Positions 9,639-17,489 of a stretch of 38,662 nucleotides of DNA are shown here, in pieces. Each line of letters opens with the position of its first letter. The first letter of the stretch is position 1. The position numbers were made by a program, and so were the translations under genes. The notes under the pieces were generated by a model. That model ran no database searches, was not told the DNA's origin, and saw nothing but the letters and a program-made list of their open reading frames with translations. This stretch comes from a virus (taxonomy: Duplodnaviria; Heunggongvirae; Uroviricota; Caudoviricetes), in the IMG/VR virus record IMGVR_UViG_2541047816_000001; one strand, written 5' to 3'.

Positions 9639-9809
9639 ATGCAGGACTATTTTTTGGAGTCTTTGAAGCTCCAGCGCATTGATTTTTTTCTTAAGCTTGT
9701 AGCGGCTAGTGAGTGTAGTGATGAAGAGAAGGGGCTGGCTCTGCAGTGGGTTTCTGAGTTGACTGATGAGCTGATGGCGAGAATTCGCGCTCATGAATAC
9801 AACCACTAG
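9639..9809 (+). CDS. Small hypothetical protein (56 aa), possible SOS-controlled antirepressor-type gene
   Basis: ATG preceded by TAGGAGGAAAG RBS; below the 60-aa threshold of the ORF track; function inferred only from position downstream of the LexA-like box. Confidence 0.35.
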   Translation: MQDYFLESLKLQRIDFFLKLVAASECSDEEKGLALQWVSELTDELMARIRAHEYNH

Positions 9810-9973
9810 ATGGATCTTCCCAGTAGTTTTTCGAAACTGAAAACAACCGAGTGAAAGTTACGACACTTGAGCTTTTCACTTGGGTTATAATCAGAATACT
9901 TGTTTTCGTCCACAAATGTACATGCCATGCATTAATGTGGTGATAGCTTTCAATTTTTACTAAATGGTTTCAA

Positions 9974-10528
9974 TTGCTTCTTATGAATCATGTAATGTTA
10001 GATATAGAAACATTGGATGTTGAAAAAACAGCTTATATCCTTTCAGTTGGTGCGGCTTTTTTCGTGCCGGAGACTGGCGAGATTGGTCCGGGTTTCTATC
10101 AAGTTATTTCGCTTGATCATGAACAAGCAGGCAGAACCATTGCCCCCTCTACTGTAAAGTGGTGGATGAATCAAAGTACTGAAGCTAAAAACGAAAATTT
10201 TGATGGCACTAAGGACCTTTTAGAGGTTCTGAATGAATTTGTGGCATTTATTCTTCATAATCGTACTGGCCGAGTAAAAGTGTGGGGAAACGGGAAAGAG
10301 TTTGACTGCACGATCATGCATCATGCCCTGTTACAGGCGGGTCTGGATTGCCCATGGTCATTCAGAGATACTCTTGACGTTAGAACCATCTTAGCACTTG
10401 GTGAAAGCAAAGGAATTTTTTCTCATGCTGATAAAAATTTCACTGGCATTAGGCACACAGCATTCGATGATGTTTTATTTCAGATCGCACAGGTTTCTCA
10501 CATCTATATGAATTTAAATAAAAAATAA
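9974..10528 (+). CDS. DEDDh-family (DnaQ-like) 3'-5' exonuclease domain protein
   Basis: Motifs in order: DIETLD (Exo I), VWGNGKEFD (Exo II region), HTAFDD (Exo III His/Asp). True start probably ATG 9983 or 9995 rather than TTG 9974. Confidence 0.6.
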   Translation: MLLMNHVMLDIETLDVEKTAYILSVGAAFFVPETGEIGPGFYQVISLDHEQAGRTIAPSTVKWWMNQSTEAKNENFDGTKDLLEVLNEFVAFILHNRTGRVKVWGNGKEFDCTIMHHALLQAGLDCPWSFRDTLDVRTILALGESKGIFSHADKNFTGIRHTAFDDVLFQIAQVSHIYMNLNKK

Positions 10529-10543
10529 ATATAGGACTTAGCT

Positions 10544-11455
10544 ATGGATTGCTTAGATGTAACCTATTGGACTGAGCTAGATGTTTTCGCACAGTATCCT
10601 GTTGGTGCTCGCTCTAAGGCATTGGTTATTTCCCCTGATGTTGCCCCCCATGGTATCAAAGCATCGTGGCCGTATCTTTTTAAGAGAAGTATTAAAAAAT
10701 ACCCAGATCAATTTTGGTGTGAGATCGTTGCCTACAGGATTGGATTGCAGCTTGGTTTTAATGTCCCCAAAGCAGTTCCTTCGTTAAAGACTAATGATTT
10801 GGGGCATACGTTTTGCGGGGCCCTCATTGAGTGGTTTCATCATAAAGATTATGAGAAATTTGCTCCCGCTGGTGATTACTTTGTTCGAAGAGATCCAAAT
10901 TTTGATCGTGAGAAAGGAGCTAAGCATTCCATTGAAGGGCTGAGGATTATCGCGAAAGCTCTTAAAGTTGACTATGTTGAGTGGTTGGAGAATATGGCTC
11001 TCTTTGACGCAGTAATAGGTAATACAGATAGACATCAAGAAAACTGGGGGTTTATCTTCTCCCCTTTAACCAGCGAGTGTCAGCTTGCACCATTTTTCGA
11101 TAATGGTACGAGCTTATGCTACGAACGCTTTCCGGAACATGTTGCTGATTGGACCGATCATAGACTCAGGGAGCATGTTAGCCGGGGAAAGCATCATTTG
11201 CGTAAAACTCTGGGCAAAGATGAGTATCAGAGATTAGGTCATTTAGAGTTAATCAAAGAACTTTGTGATAAAAAAGAAGAATTAAAACAGCGGGTAGCTG
11301 AAAGACTGGCTCGTTTGAACCATGACTTTTGGGACTCAACTTTTGCGGAGTTGACGGAAATAAACTGCCCTGTTCCGCTGACTAGAGAACGTGCTGCATG
11401 GATTGTTCGTGTAACAAACATGCGTATTGAACTGATTAAAGGTGTTACTTCATGA
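10544..11455 (+). CDS. HipA-family Ser/Thr kinase core lacking the HipA N-subdomain (HipT-like)
   Basis: Three HipA kinase motifs in correct order and spacing: G21-ARSK (cf. HipA GAQEK), IGNTDRHQEN at 158-167 (catalytic loop, cf. HipA GATDGHAKN), FFDNGTS at 184-190 (Mg-binding, cf. HipA FYDI); 303 aa. Confidence 0.6.
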   Translation: MDCLDVTYWTELDVFAQYPVGARSKALVISPDVAPHGIKASWPYLFKRSIKKYPDQFWCEIVAYRIGLQLGFNVPKAVPSLKTNDLGHTFCGALIEWFHHKDYEKFAPAGDYFVRRDPNFDREKGAKHSIEGLRIIAKALKVDYVEWLENMALFDAVIGNTDRHQENWGFIFSPLTSECQLAPFFDNGTSLCYERFPEHVADWTDHRLREHVSRGKHHLRKTLGKDEYQRLGHLELIKELCDKKEELKQRVAERLARLNHDFWDSTFAELTEINCPVPLTRERAAWIVRVTNMRIELIKGVTS

Positions 11456-12156
11456 CTATCTTAATAGAAAAAATTCCCATGCCAAGTAGGCTCTTACTGA
11501 CATGGCAACCGACCGACGGCGGCTCTCGCTATGTCGTTGGTGAACTTCTTCAAGATGAGTCTGAAGGCTACGAGTTTAATTATCTTACGGATAGCAAAGA
11601 TTTTGCTAAAGCTGGGGATAAAGGCTTTCACGGTTTTCCTGCTTTTGACATAAAAGTTACGACTCATCGCAAAGACGTTATGCAAACCTTTTCAAGAAGG
11701 TTACCCTCCAGGAAAAGAGAAGATTTTGCCGATTACTTGCTGACGTTTCGTCTTCCTGCTGATTTTAGAGAGAATGACTTCGTTTTGCTCGCTTGTACTG
11801 GCGGAAAAGTGGCTAGTGATGGTTTTTATTTTGTCCCAGACTTGTCTTCTATTCGGCCACCTTTTGATTATGTCATGGAGGTCGCCGGAACGAGACACAT
11901 GATTAAGGAAGGGCGTCTAGCTCTTGACGAGATATCAATTGGTGATGAAGTCATATTGCGCAATGAAGATACCAATACTGTTGATCCGCTGGCCATATTA
12001 GTAACGAAAAACGACAATCATCTAGGGTATGTCAACAAGGCATTGTGCGCCGCATTACGAGATCTTAGTAAAAACCATGATATCAGTGGAGTGGTCGTAC
12101 GTAAAAATGGCTCTTCGGATAGGCCTTTGATTTATGCAAAAGTATCTGTTAGATGA
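11452..12156 (+). CDS. HipS-like N-domain fused to C-terminal HIRAN domain
   Basis: N-terminus LLTW...VGEL...F.Y pattern parallels the HipA N-subdomain (LVTW..VGEL..FKY); C-terminus GDEVILRNEDTNTVDPLAILVTKNDNHLGYVNKALCAALRDL fits the HIRAN signature; start overlaps kinase stop by 4 nt (ATGA). Confidence 0.5.
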   Translation: MTILIEKIPMPSRLLLTWQPTDGGSRYVVGELLQDESEGYEFNYLTDSKDFAKAGDKGFHGFPAFDIKVTTHRKDVMQTFSRRLPSRKREDFADYLLTFRLPADFRENDFVLLACTGGKVASDGFYFVPDLSSIRPPFDYVMEVAGTRHMIKEGRLALDEISIGDEVILRNEDTNTVDPLAILVTKNDNHLGYVNKALCAALRDLSKNHDISGVVVRKNGSSDRPLIYAKVSVR

Positions 12157-12466
12157 TGCATGTTTATTCATGCTTGCTAGTGATGCTGCATTCATAGAGT
12201 CTGTCAACTATGGAGATTTTTTCGTCTCATGCAACTACATTAAATTACCATTAAGTGGGTTGACGTTGCGGGGGAAGCATTACACGTCAGTATTGGTGCG
12301 TCTGAAGTGTCATGCCGAAAAGGTATGAAAAAGCCGCTTGGTAACATAACTATTCGCAATGATGTTGTAGGAAGCGAACTGGAAATGATAGCAATGGATG
12401 CTGTTGATGTAGTGTATGTATATGCTGCATGAGTTTGCATGAACGTTTGAGGCTCGTTTTTGTTAA

Positions 12467-12492
12467 GGCCCGCCAGAACTGGCGGGCTTTTG
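12467..12492 (+). terminator. Rho-independent terminator candidate downstream of the accessory operon
   Basis: GC stem GCCCGCC-loop-GGCGGGC followed by TTTTG. Confidence 0.45.
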
Positions 12493-12536
12493 CTCATGTC
12501 ATGCAGGTGCATGAAAACCACTACATAAAGCGGGCA

Positions 12537-12560
12537 GGCGTGGCGGGGATACGAGCGCAC
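12537..12560. other. Candidate cos site region (cohesive end)
   Basis: GGCGTGGCGGGGA... resembles the start of the P2/186 19-nt cohesive-end sequence as I recall it; expected location between the accessory region and Q. Confidence 0.3.
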
Positions 12561-12827
12561 GCCGCGGGTTGAAATAGTAAAATTCACTTAGCCTCAGGCC
12601 CGCTGATGGTTTTCTTCTGAAAGGGAGGGCGCGTTTTTGTGCAATCTTGTTTGAAGGGATTTAAATAAATGTTGAATGTGTTCCGGAGTTGGCTGTAGAT
12701 TTAGTGTTCTGTCACAAGTTGCAGTGATAGGTAGCAAACCTTTAAAAGGTTCTGCTATTGTTTCATTAAAGATTTATAGTCTTTGTCCGAAAATGACATT
12801 AAAGTAGTCGCCTTTAATGTCGTAAGC

Positions 12828-13382
12828 ATGAAGGACAGAGAATTGAACTTAGAGCAGATTGCCAGTCAAAGTATAAGTAACCTTCAGTTTCTCCTCGATA
12901 CTTTGAAGATGCCGTTGGCTGTTGGTCCAATCAGTGATGAAGACTATGTGATCCTGACCACAGGATACGCTCAGCTAGAATGGGATTATGGTTTTTCTCG
13001 GTTTGGCAATCGAAGTGATAAGTTTGAATTTTGTTTGAAGCTCCTTGCGGGGCCACTTAGGCATATCCCTTCTGGCGCAGCTATGTGCACCTTTGACGAG
13101 GACGCTGGAGTCATAGAGATCCATTTTGTGGAATCTTTTGTGAAAGATGATGACGTAGAGCACCCTCTTTACGGCAACATGTTCATGGTTACATTGTGGG
13201 CGGTATATCTTTTTGGTAGCGCGGTTGGGTGTCAAGAGATTCGGATCCCTGAAGCCCTGAATCAAAAAGTTGCTGACCACTATAAAAAATTTGGTTTTAA
13301 AGGTGATATAAGCTTGCTTTCGGCACCTTTTGCTACAATAACTGATGTAGTAAGACGCTACATTACTTCTAAGAAACAGTAG
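12828..13382 (+). CDS. Hypothetical cargo protein, weak GNAT-like C-terminal pattern
   Basis: ORF open from 12783 (TTG) with first ATG at 12828; C-terminal ..NQKVADHYKKFGFKG.. weakly resembles GNAT motif B; assignment tentative. Confidence 0.4.
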   Translation: MKDRELNLEQIASQSISNLQFLLDTLKMPLAVGPISDEDYVILTTGYAQLEWDYGFSRFGNRSDKFEFCLKLLAGPLRHIPSGAAMCTFDEDAGVIEIHFVESFVKDDDVEHPLYGNMFMVTLWAVYLFGSAVGCQEIRIPEALNQKVADHYKKFGFKGDISLLSAPFATITDVVRRYITSKKQ

Positions 13383-13461
13383 ATAAATTTTTGCGCAGTG
13401 CTACAATGCTGCGCCAAACATCCACTACCGGATGATGAGGCTTGACCTCTAAGAGGAAATC

Positions 13462-13641
13462 ATGACTATGACGCATAGTGACAAGAAAGCTCAGAAGCAT
13501 TACTCAGTATCTGATGTTTTCAGCCGTATGGGCGTCGCGATGGAAGAACTACTTCAAGCGGCCCCACATATGATGCAGGACTGCAAATTTGAAGGAAATG
13601 AGCTGCATGGTAAGCTCAAAGAAAAGCAGAAAGCTGCTTAA
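13462..13641 (+). CDS. Small hypothetical protein (59 aa)
   Basis: ATG preceded by AAGAGGAAAT RBS; followed by a strong terminator; below the ORF-track threshold. Confidence 0.35.
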   Translation: MTMTHSDKKAQKHYSVSDVFSRMGVAMEELLQAAPHMMQDCKFEGNELHGKLKEKQKAA

Positions 13642-13665
13642 TTCCATGAAATGCGTTTTGCATGA

Positions 13666-13690
13666 AGCCCGGTAATACCGGGCTTTTTTA
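13666..13690 (+). terminator. Rho-independent terminator
   Basis: AGCCCGGTA/TACCGGGCT hairpin followed by TTTTTT; sits between convergent small ORF and Q. Confidence 0.6.
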
Positions 13691-13696
13691 TGCTTG

Positions 13697-14734
13697 CTAG
13701 TCAGTATTAAGCTCATATGGATTGAATCGGACTACCTCTTCACCAAGCCATTCATTTAGCTCCAGCAATCGCTTTTGTAACGGTACTATTTCGTTTCTTG
13801 TGAAGACGCGACTGGCCTTTTCCACATCCCCAAAACCGCCGGTATTGTTGGGAATGATACCCATCATTTGCGGCGGCACACGATGCGCCGCCATCATGTC
13901 GTCCCGGCTCACGTTCTTGATATTCAGGAACTCATCCTTCGCCGCCACTTCTGACAACGGGATAATCTGAAGCCCATCCTTTTTGCCGTTAGGCGAGTAC
14001 ATAAACAGGTTACGGAAGTTACCAGGACCTTTGGCACTTTTCATTGCGTTGCGGAGGTTGTTCACATCCTCCTGGTTCTGCGCGGCGTCGGTCATGTACA
14101 TGATGAAGCCCGCATGGCTGCCGTTAATGTAATACTTCCGGCGGAACAGCGTGGCGGACTCGTTGAGCAGGGCTGACGGAATGGCAGAAAGATAACCGGG
14201 CAGGCCGTAGATCTCCTGGTTGATGTCCGGCTCCATCAGATGAAAAATGCTGCCTTTCGTGAACTGATACGGCTGGGTTGTCATACCGTATTGCACAAAC
14301 CAGTAGGTATCCAGGTCTAACCCGCGTCGGGTGTATTTTGCCAGAGCAGGCTCAAGGGCTATAACTTCACCGAAGCGGTTCGTGCGTTTCTCCAGGTAGG
14401 CGTTACCAAAAACCAGAAAGTCCTGTACAAAACGCGAAAAAGCCTGCTGGCTGAGCAGCGGGTGAGGGATGTAGGTGCTGGTCAGAATGTTGCACTTCAC
14501 TGCAATCGGTGAGCTATGATGTATGGCGGCGCGGAAGGTTCGCGCCAGTCCGTCGAAACTCACTGGTGGCTCATACCAGCGATCCATCTGTACGCATTCC
14601 ACATAGTCCAGCAGTTCGCGGCGGTCCAGAACAGGAACGGGATCACCGAAGCTGAATGCTTCGGCTGAAGTCTGGCTTTTATGCTGGATCTGTTTCGTCG
14701 ACGCAGCGCGGTTCTTCTTACTCTTTCCCATCAA
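13697..14734 (-). CDS. Q: Portal protein (P2 gpQ-like)
   Basis: 345 aa; size and position upstream of terminase ATPase; P2 late-gene synteny. Confidence 0.8.
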   Translation of the reverse strand: MMGKSKKNRAASTKQIQHKSQTSAEAFSFGDPVPVLDRRELLDYVECVQMDRWYEPPVSFDGLARTFRAAIHHSSPIAVKCNILTSTYIPHPLLSQQAFSRFVQDFLVFGNAYLEKRTNRFGEVIALEPALAKYTRRGLDLDTYWFVQYGMTTQPYQFTKGSIFHLMEPDINQEIYGLPGYLSAIPSALLNESATLFRRKYYINGSHAGFIMYMTDAAQNQEDVNNLRNAMKSAKGPGNFRNLFMYSPNGKKDGLQIIPLSEVAAKDEFLNIKNVSRDDMMAAHRVPPQMMGIIPNNTGGFGDVEKASRVFTRNEIVPLQKRLLELNEWLGEEVVRFNPYELNTD

Positions 14735-16497
14735 AAAATCTCCACAATATTGCTGGTATTGGCGGACTCGCCCTGCAGCGGTTCGTTAAACAGTGCGTGC
14801 ATTGTTGCCCAGGCCAGATCGGCATGGCTGGCTTCTTCGCTGCGGCTGGCTTCATAGGTCGGGCGGTTGCCACTGGCAGTGGTAGCGCGACGGATTGCCA
14901 TAAATGACTGCGCAATGTCGGTGTGCCCGGCGTCAAACTCCAGGCGGCGGTGGCTGATAATGTCGTAGGCCTTGAGTACCAGGGCGTTTTTAACGTTGGG
15001 GTTGTAGACAAACTCCCGGACGGCAGGAAAAAACGCTTTCACGTTCTCGTAAACCCCGTGACCGACGCCGGTCGAGTCGATGCCGATATAGGTCACGTTA
15101 TACTGTTCGGTCAGTTTTTTGATGGCGTCAGCCTGGGCGCGAAAGTCCATTCCGCGCCACTGGTGACGCTCAAGAATGCGGAACTTGCCGCCCGGCACGG
15201 CTGGCGGAGCCACCACCACGCATCCGGCGCTGTCGCCGTTTTGCGTACCTTTTGCCGGGTCATAACCGATCCACACTTCGCGCCAGCCAAACGGGCGCAG
15301 CGCCAGTGCATGAAAGTCGGTCCAGACTTCCCAGCTGTCCACCATGCACGCCTGCAGCTCGCTGAGCGGGAACACGGACGCGAGATCGTCCACGAACTCA
15401 CACATCAGCAGGTTCTGGTATTCGTCCGGGCTGTACTCCATGCGCAACTGGTCGAGGTCGAACAGGTTACAGCCGCCGCGCACCGCATCTTCCACAGTGA
15501 CTATCTGGCGGTACTGCCCGTCTGCGCACAGCAGGCCGGGGGCCAGATTGCTGTGGGACAGGTCGATGTCCACCTTATCGGCTTTGTTGCGCCCTCGGTT
15601 GAACAGCGCACCGGACCAGAACGGATAAGCACTGTGTGTCAGGCTGGATGGCGTGGAAAAATAGGTTTGTCGCCATTTTTTGTGAATAGCCATACCGGAA
15701 GCCACTTTGCGCAGCTCCTGGAATTTCGGTATCCAGAAATATTCATCCAGATACAGGTTGCCGTGGTAACTCTGGGCCGTGCGGGCATTGGTGCCGAGGA
15801 AGTACAGCGTGGCCCCGTTAGGAAGCACCATCGGATCGCCTTTCAGCTCCACCTCCACTTCTTTGGCGAAGTCGATGATGTACTGCTTGAAGACGTGGGC
15901 CTGAGCCTTGCTGGCGGAAAGGAAAATCTGGTTACGCCCGGTTAGCAGGGCGTCAATCAGGGCTTCACGGGCAAAATAGAAGGTCGCGCCGATCTGGCGT
16001 GACTTCAGCAGGTTGCGGATGCGGTTGGTTTTTCCGGCTTCCCACCAGTGGCGCTGGTAGTTGAACATGGAGGAATGGAAGATTTCTTCCAGCTTCTCAA
16101 TCTGTTCATCGGTGAAAACGTTCTTTTCCGGCTGACGGCGCGGGCCTTTGTTGCGGTTGGCGACGTTAGGGTTTAAGTCGGCTTCGTTGCCGCCATTGTT
16201 AAACTTGCCGATCCGCGCATGGCGCTCCGACTGGCGCGCCAGCAGGTCAATCTCTTTGAAATCTTTCCCTTCTTTGTGCTCCTTCATAATGAGCTGGCAG
16301 TAGCGTGCGGCGGTGGTGAGCTGCATCTGATCCAGCGGCCCATAGTCACCCCACTTGTCGCGTTTTTTCCAGCTGTGAACGGTTGCAACTTTCTCGCCCA
16401 GCATTTCAGCAATGCGGGCTACACGGTATCCCTGAAAGTACAGCAGCATGGCCTGCCGACGGGGATCGAGATCTGCGGGTGTCAGTGTGGTGTTCAT
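14731..16497 (-). CDS. P: Terminase large subunit, ATPase (P2 gpP-like)
   Basis: 588 aa; overlaps Q start; divergent from the O-N-M-L operon as in P2. Confidence 0.8.
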   Translation of the reverse strand: MNTTLTPADLDPRRQAMLLYFQGYRVARIAEMLGEKVATVHSWKKRDKWGDYGPLDQMQLTTAARYCQLIMKEHKEGKDFKEIDLLARQSERHARIGKFNNGGNEADLNPNVANRNKGPRRQPEKNVFTDEQIEKLEEIFHSSMFNYQRHWWEAGKTNRIRNLLKSRQIGATFYFAREALIDALLTGRNQIFLSASKAQAHVFKQYIIDFAKEVEVELKGDPMVLPNGATLYFLGTNARTAQSYHGNLYLDEYFWIPKFQELRKVASGMAIHKKWRQTYFSTPSSLTHSAYPFWSGALFNRGRNKADKVDIDLSHSNLAPGLLCADGQYRQIVTVEDAVRGGCNLFDLDQLRMEYSPDEYQNLLMCEFVDDLASVFPLSELQACMVDSWEVWTDFHALALRPFGWREVWIGYDPAKGTQNGDSAGCVVVAPPAVPGGKFRILERHQWRGMDFRAQADAIKKLTEQYNVTYIGIDSTGVGHGVYENVKAFFPAVREFVYNPNVKNALVLKAYDIISHRRLEFDAGHTDIAQSFMAIRRATTASGNRPTYEASRSEEASHADLAWATMHALFNEPLQGESANTSNIVEIF

Positions 16498-16543
16498 GGC
16501 ACAAACCTACAGCCTTGAATGAAGGCTTTCCCCGCCTGCGGTT

Positions 16544-16561
16544 TGTGTGGTTGTCGGTACA
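16544..16561. promoter_or_regulatory. Ogr-type late activator box TGT-N12-ACA in divergent P/O late promoter region
   Basis: TGTgtggttgtcggtACA seen between divergently transcribed P and O genes. Confidence 0.45.
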
Positions 16562-16639
16562 AATACCGCGCATTGTTTCACTGCCCCCATCACCGCAACC
16601 ATAAGGCTCCAGTAAGTTTTTTCTAACGGAGCACGGCTC

Positions 16640-17473
16640 ATGACAGTGAAAGCAAAGCGTTTTCGCATCGGGGTGGAAGGTGCCACCACCGACGGACGCG
16701 AAATCCAGCGTGAATGGCTGGAACAGATGGCAGCCAGCTACAACCCGGCGGTGTATACCGCTCTGATTAACCTTGAGCACATCAAGTCTTATCTGCCGGA
16801 CAGCACCTTTAACCGCTACGGCAAGGTGACGGCGCTGTTTGCTGAAGAAATCACGGAAGGTCCGCTGGCGGGCAAGATGGCGCTGTATGCCGACGTTGAG
16901 CCAACGGAATCCCTGGTGGAGCTGGTGAAAAAAGGCCAGAAATTATTCACCTCTATGGAAGTCAGCCCGAAGTTTGCTGATACGGGCAAAGCCTACCTGG
17001 TCGGCCTGGCTGCCACTGATGACCCTGCCAGTCTGGGCACTGAAATGCTGACATTCAGCGCCAGTGCGGCCCATAACCCGCTGGCAAACCGCAAGCAGAA
17101 TCCTGCCAATCTCTTTACCGCTGCAGAGGAAACGGTGATCGAACTGGAAGAAATCCAGGATGACAAACCGTCCCTGTTTGCCCGTGTCACGGCGCTGTTC
17201 ACCAAAAAAGAGCAGTCCGATGACGCCCGATTCTCTGATGTGCATAAGGCCGTGGAGCTGGTCGCCACTGAGCAGCAGAACCTGAGCGCACGCACCGAAA
17301 AATCCCTGTCTGAGCAGGAAGAACGCCTGTCTGAGCTGGAGATTGCTCTGCAGGCACAGCAGACCGCCTTTAACGAACTGGTGGACAAGCTGAGCCATGA
17401 AGACAGCCGCCAGGACTACCGCCAGCGTGCAACAGGCGGTAACGCCCCCGCTGACACTCTGACCAATTGCTGA
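16640..17473 (+). CDS. O: Capsid scaffolding protein (P2 gpO-like)
   Basis: 277 aa, acidic and coiled-coil-rich, precedes major capsid gene. Confidence 0.75.
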   Translation: MTVKAKRFRIGVEGATTDGREIQREWLEQMAASYNPAVYTALINLEHIKSYLPDSTFNRYGKVTALFAEEITEGPLAGKMALYADVEPTESLVELVKKGQKLFTSMEVSPKFADTGKAYLVGLAATDDPASLGTEMLTFSASAAHNPLANRKQNPANLFTAAEETVIELEEIQDDKPSLFARVTALFTKKEQSDDARFSDVHKAVELVATEQQNLSARTEKSLSEQEERLSELEIALQAQQTAFNELVDKLSHEDSRQDYRQRATGGNAPADTLTNC

Positions 17474-17489
17474 TGGAGCACAAAACCTG

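Noticed and set aside
9573-9915. Minus-strand ORFs of 77 and 69 aa in the AT-rich intergenic region after gene A
   Set aside because: Lie antisense across the LexA-like box, RBS and small plus-strand ORF; AT-rich random frames.
12134-12328. 64-aa ORF overlapping the end of the HIRAN-domain gene
   Set aside because: Starts inside the preceding gene and has no RBS; likely spurious.
9487-13696. Classical P2 hotspot genes old, tin, or a Z/fun gene between the tail-fibre region and FI
   Set aside because: No ORF of the expected size or ATPase/TOPRIM-type motifs is present; the corresponding positions are occupied by the exonuclease-kinase-HIRAN operon, and by only about 140 nt between the invertase and FI.
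14923-15945. 340-aa plus-strand ORF antisense to the terminase large subunit gene
   Set aside because: Completely contained within the terminase gene on the opposite strand; composition-driven open frame; no start context.
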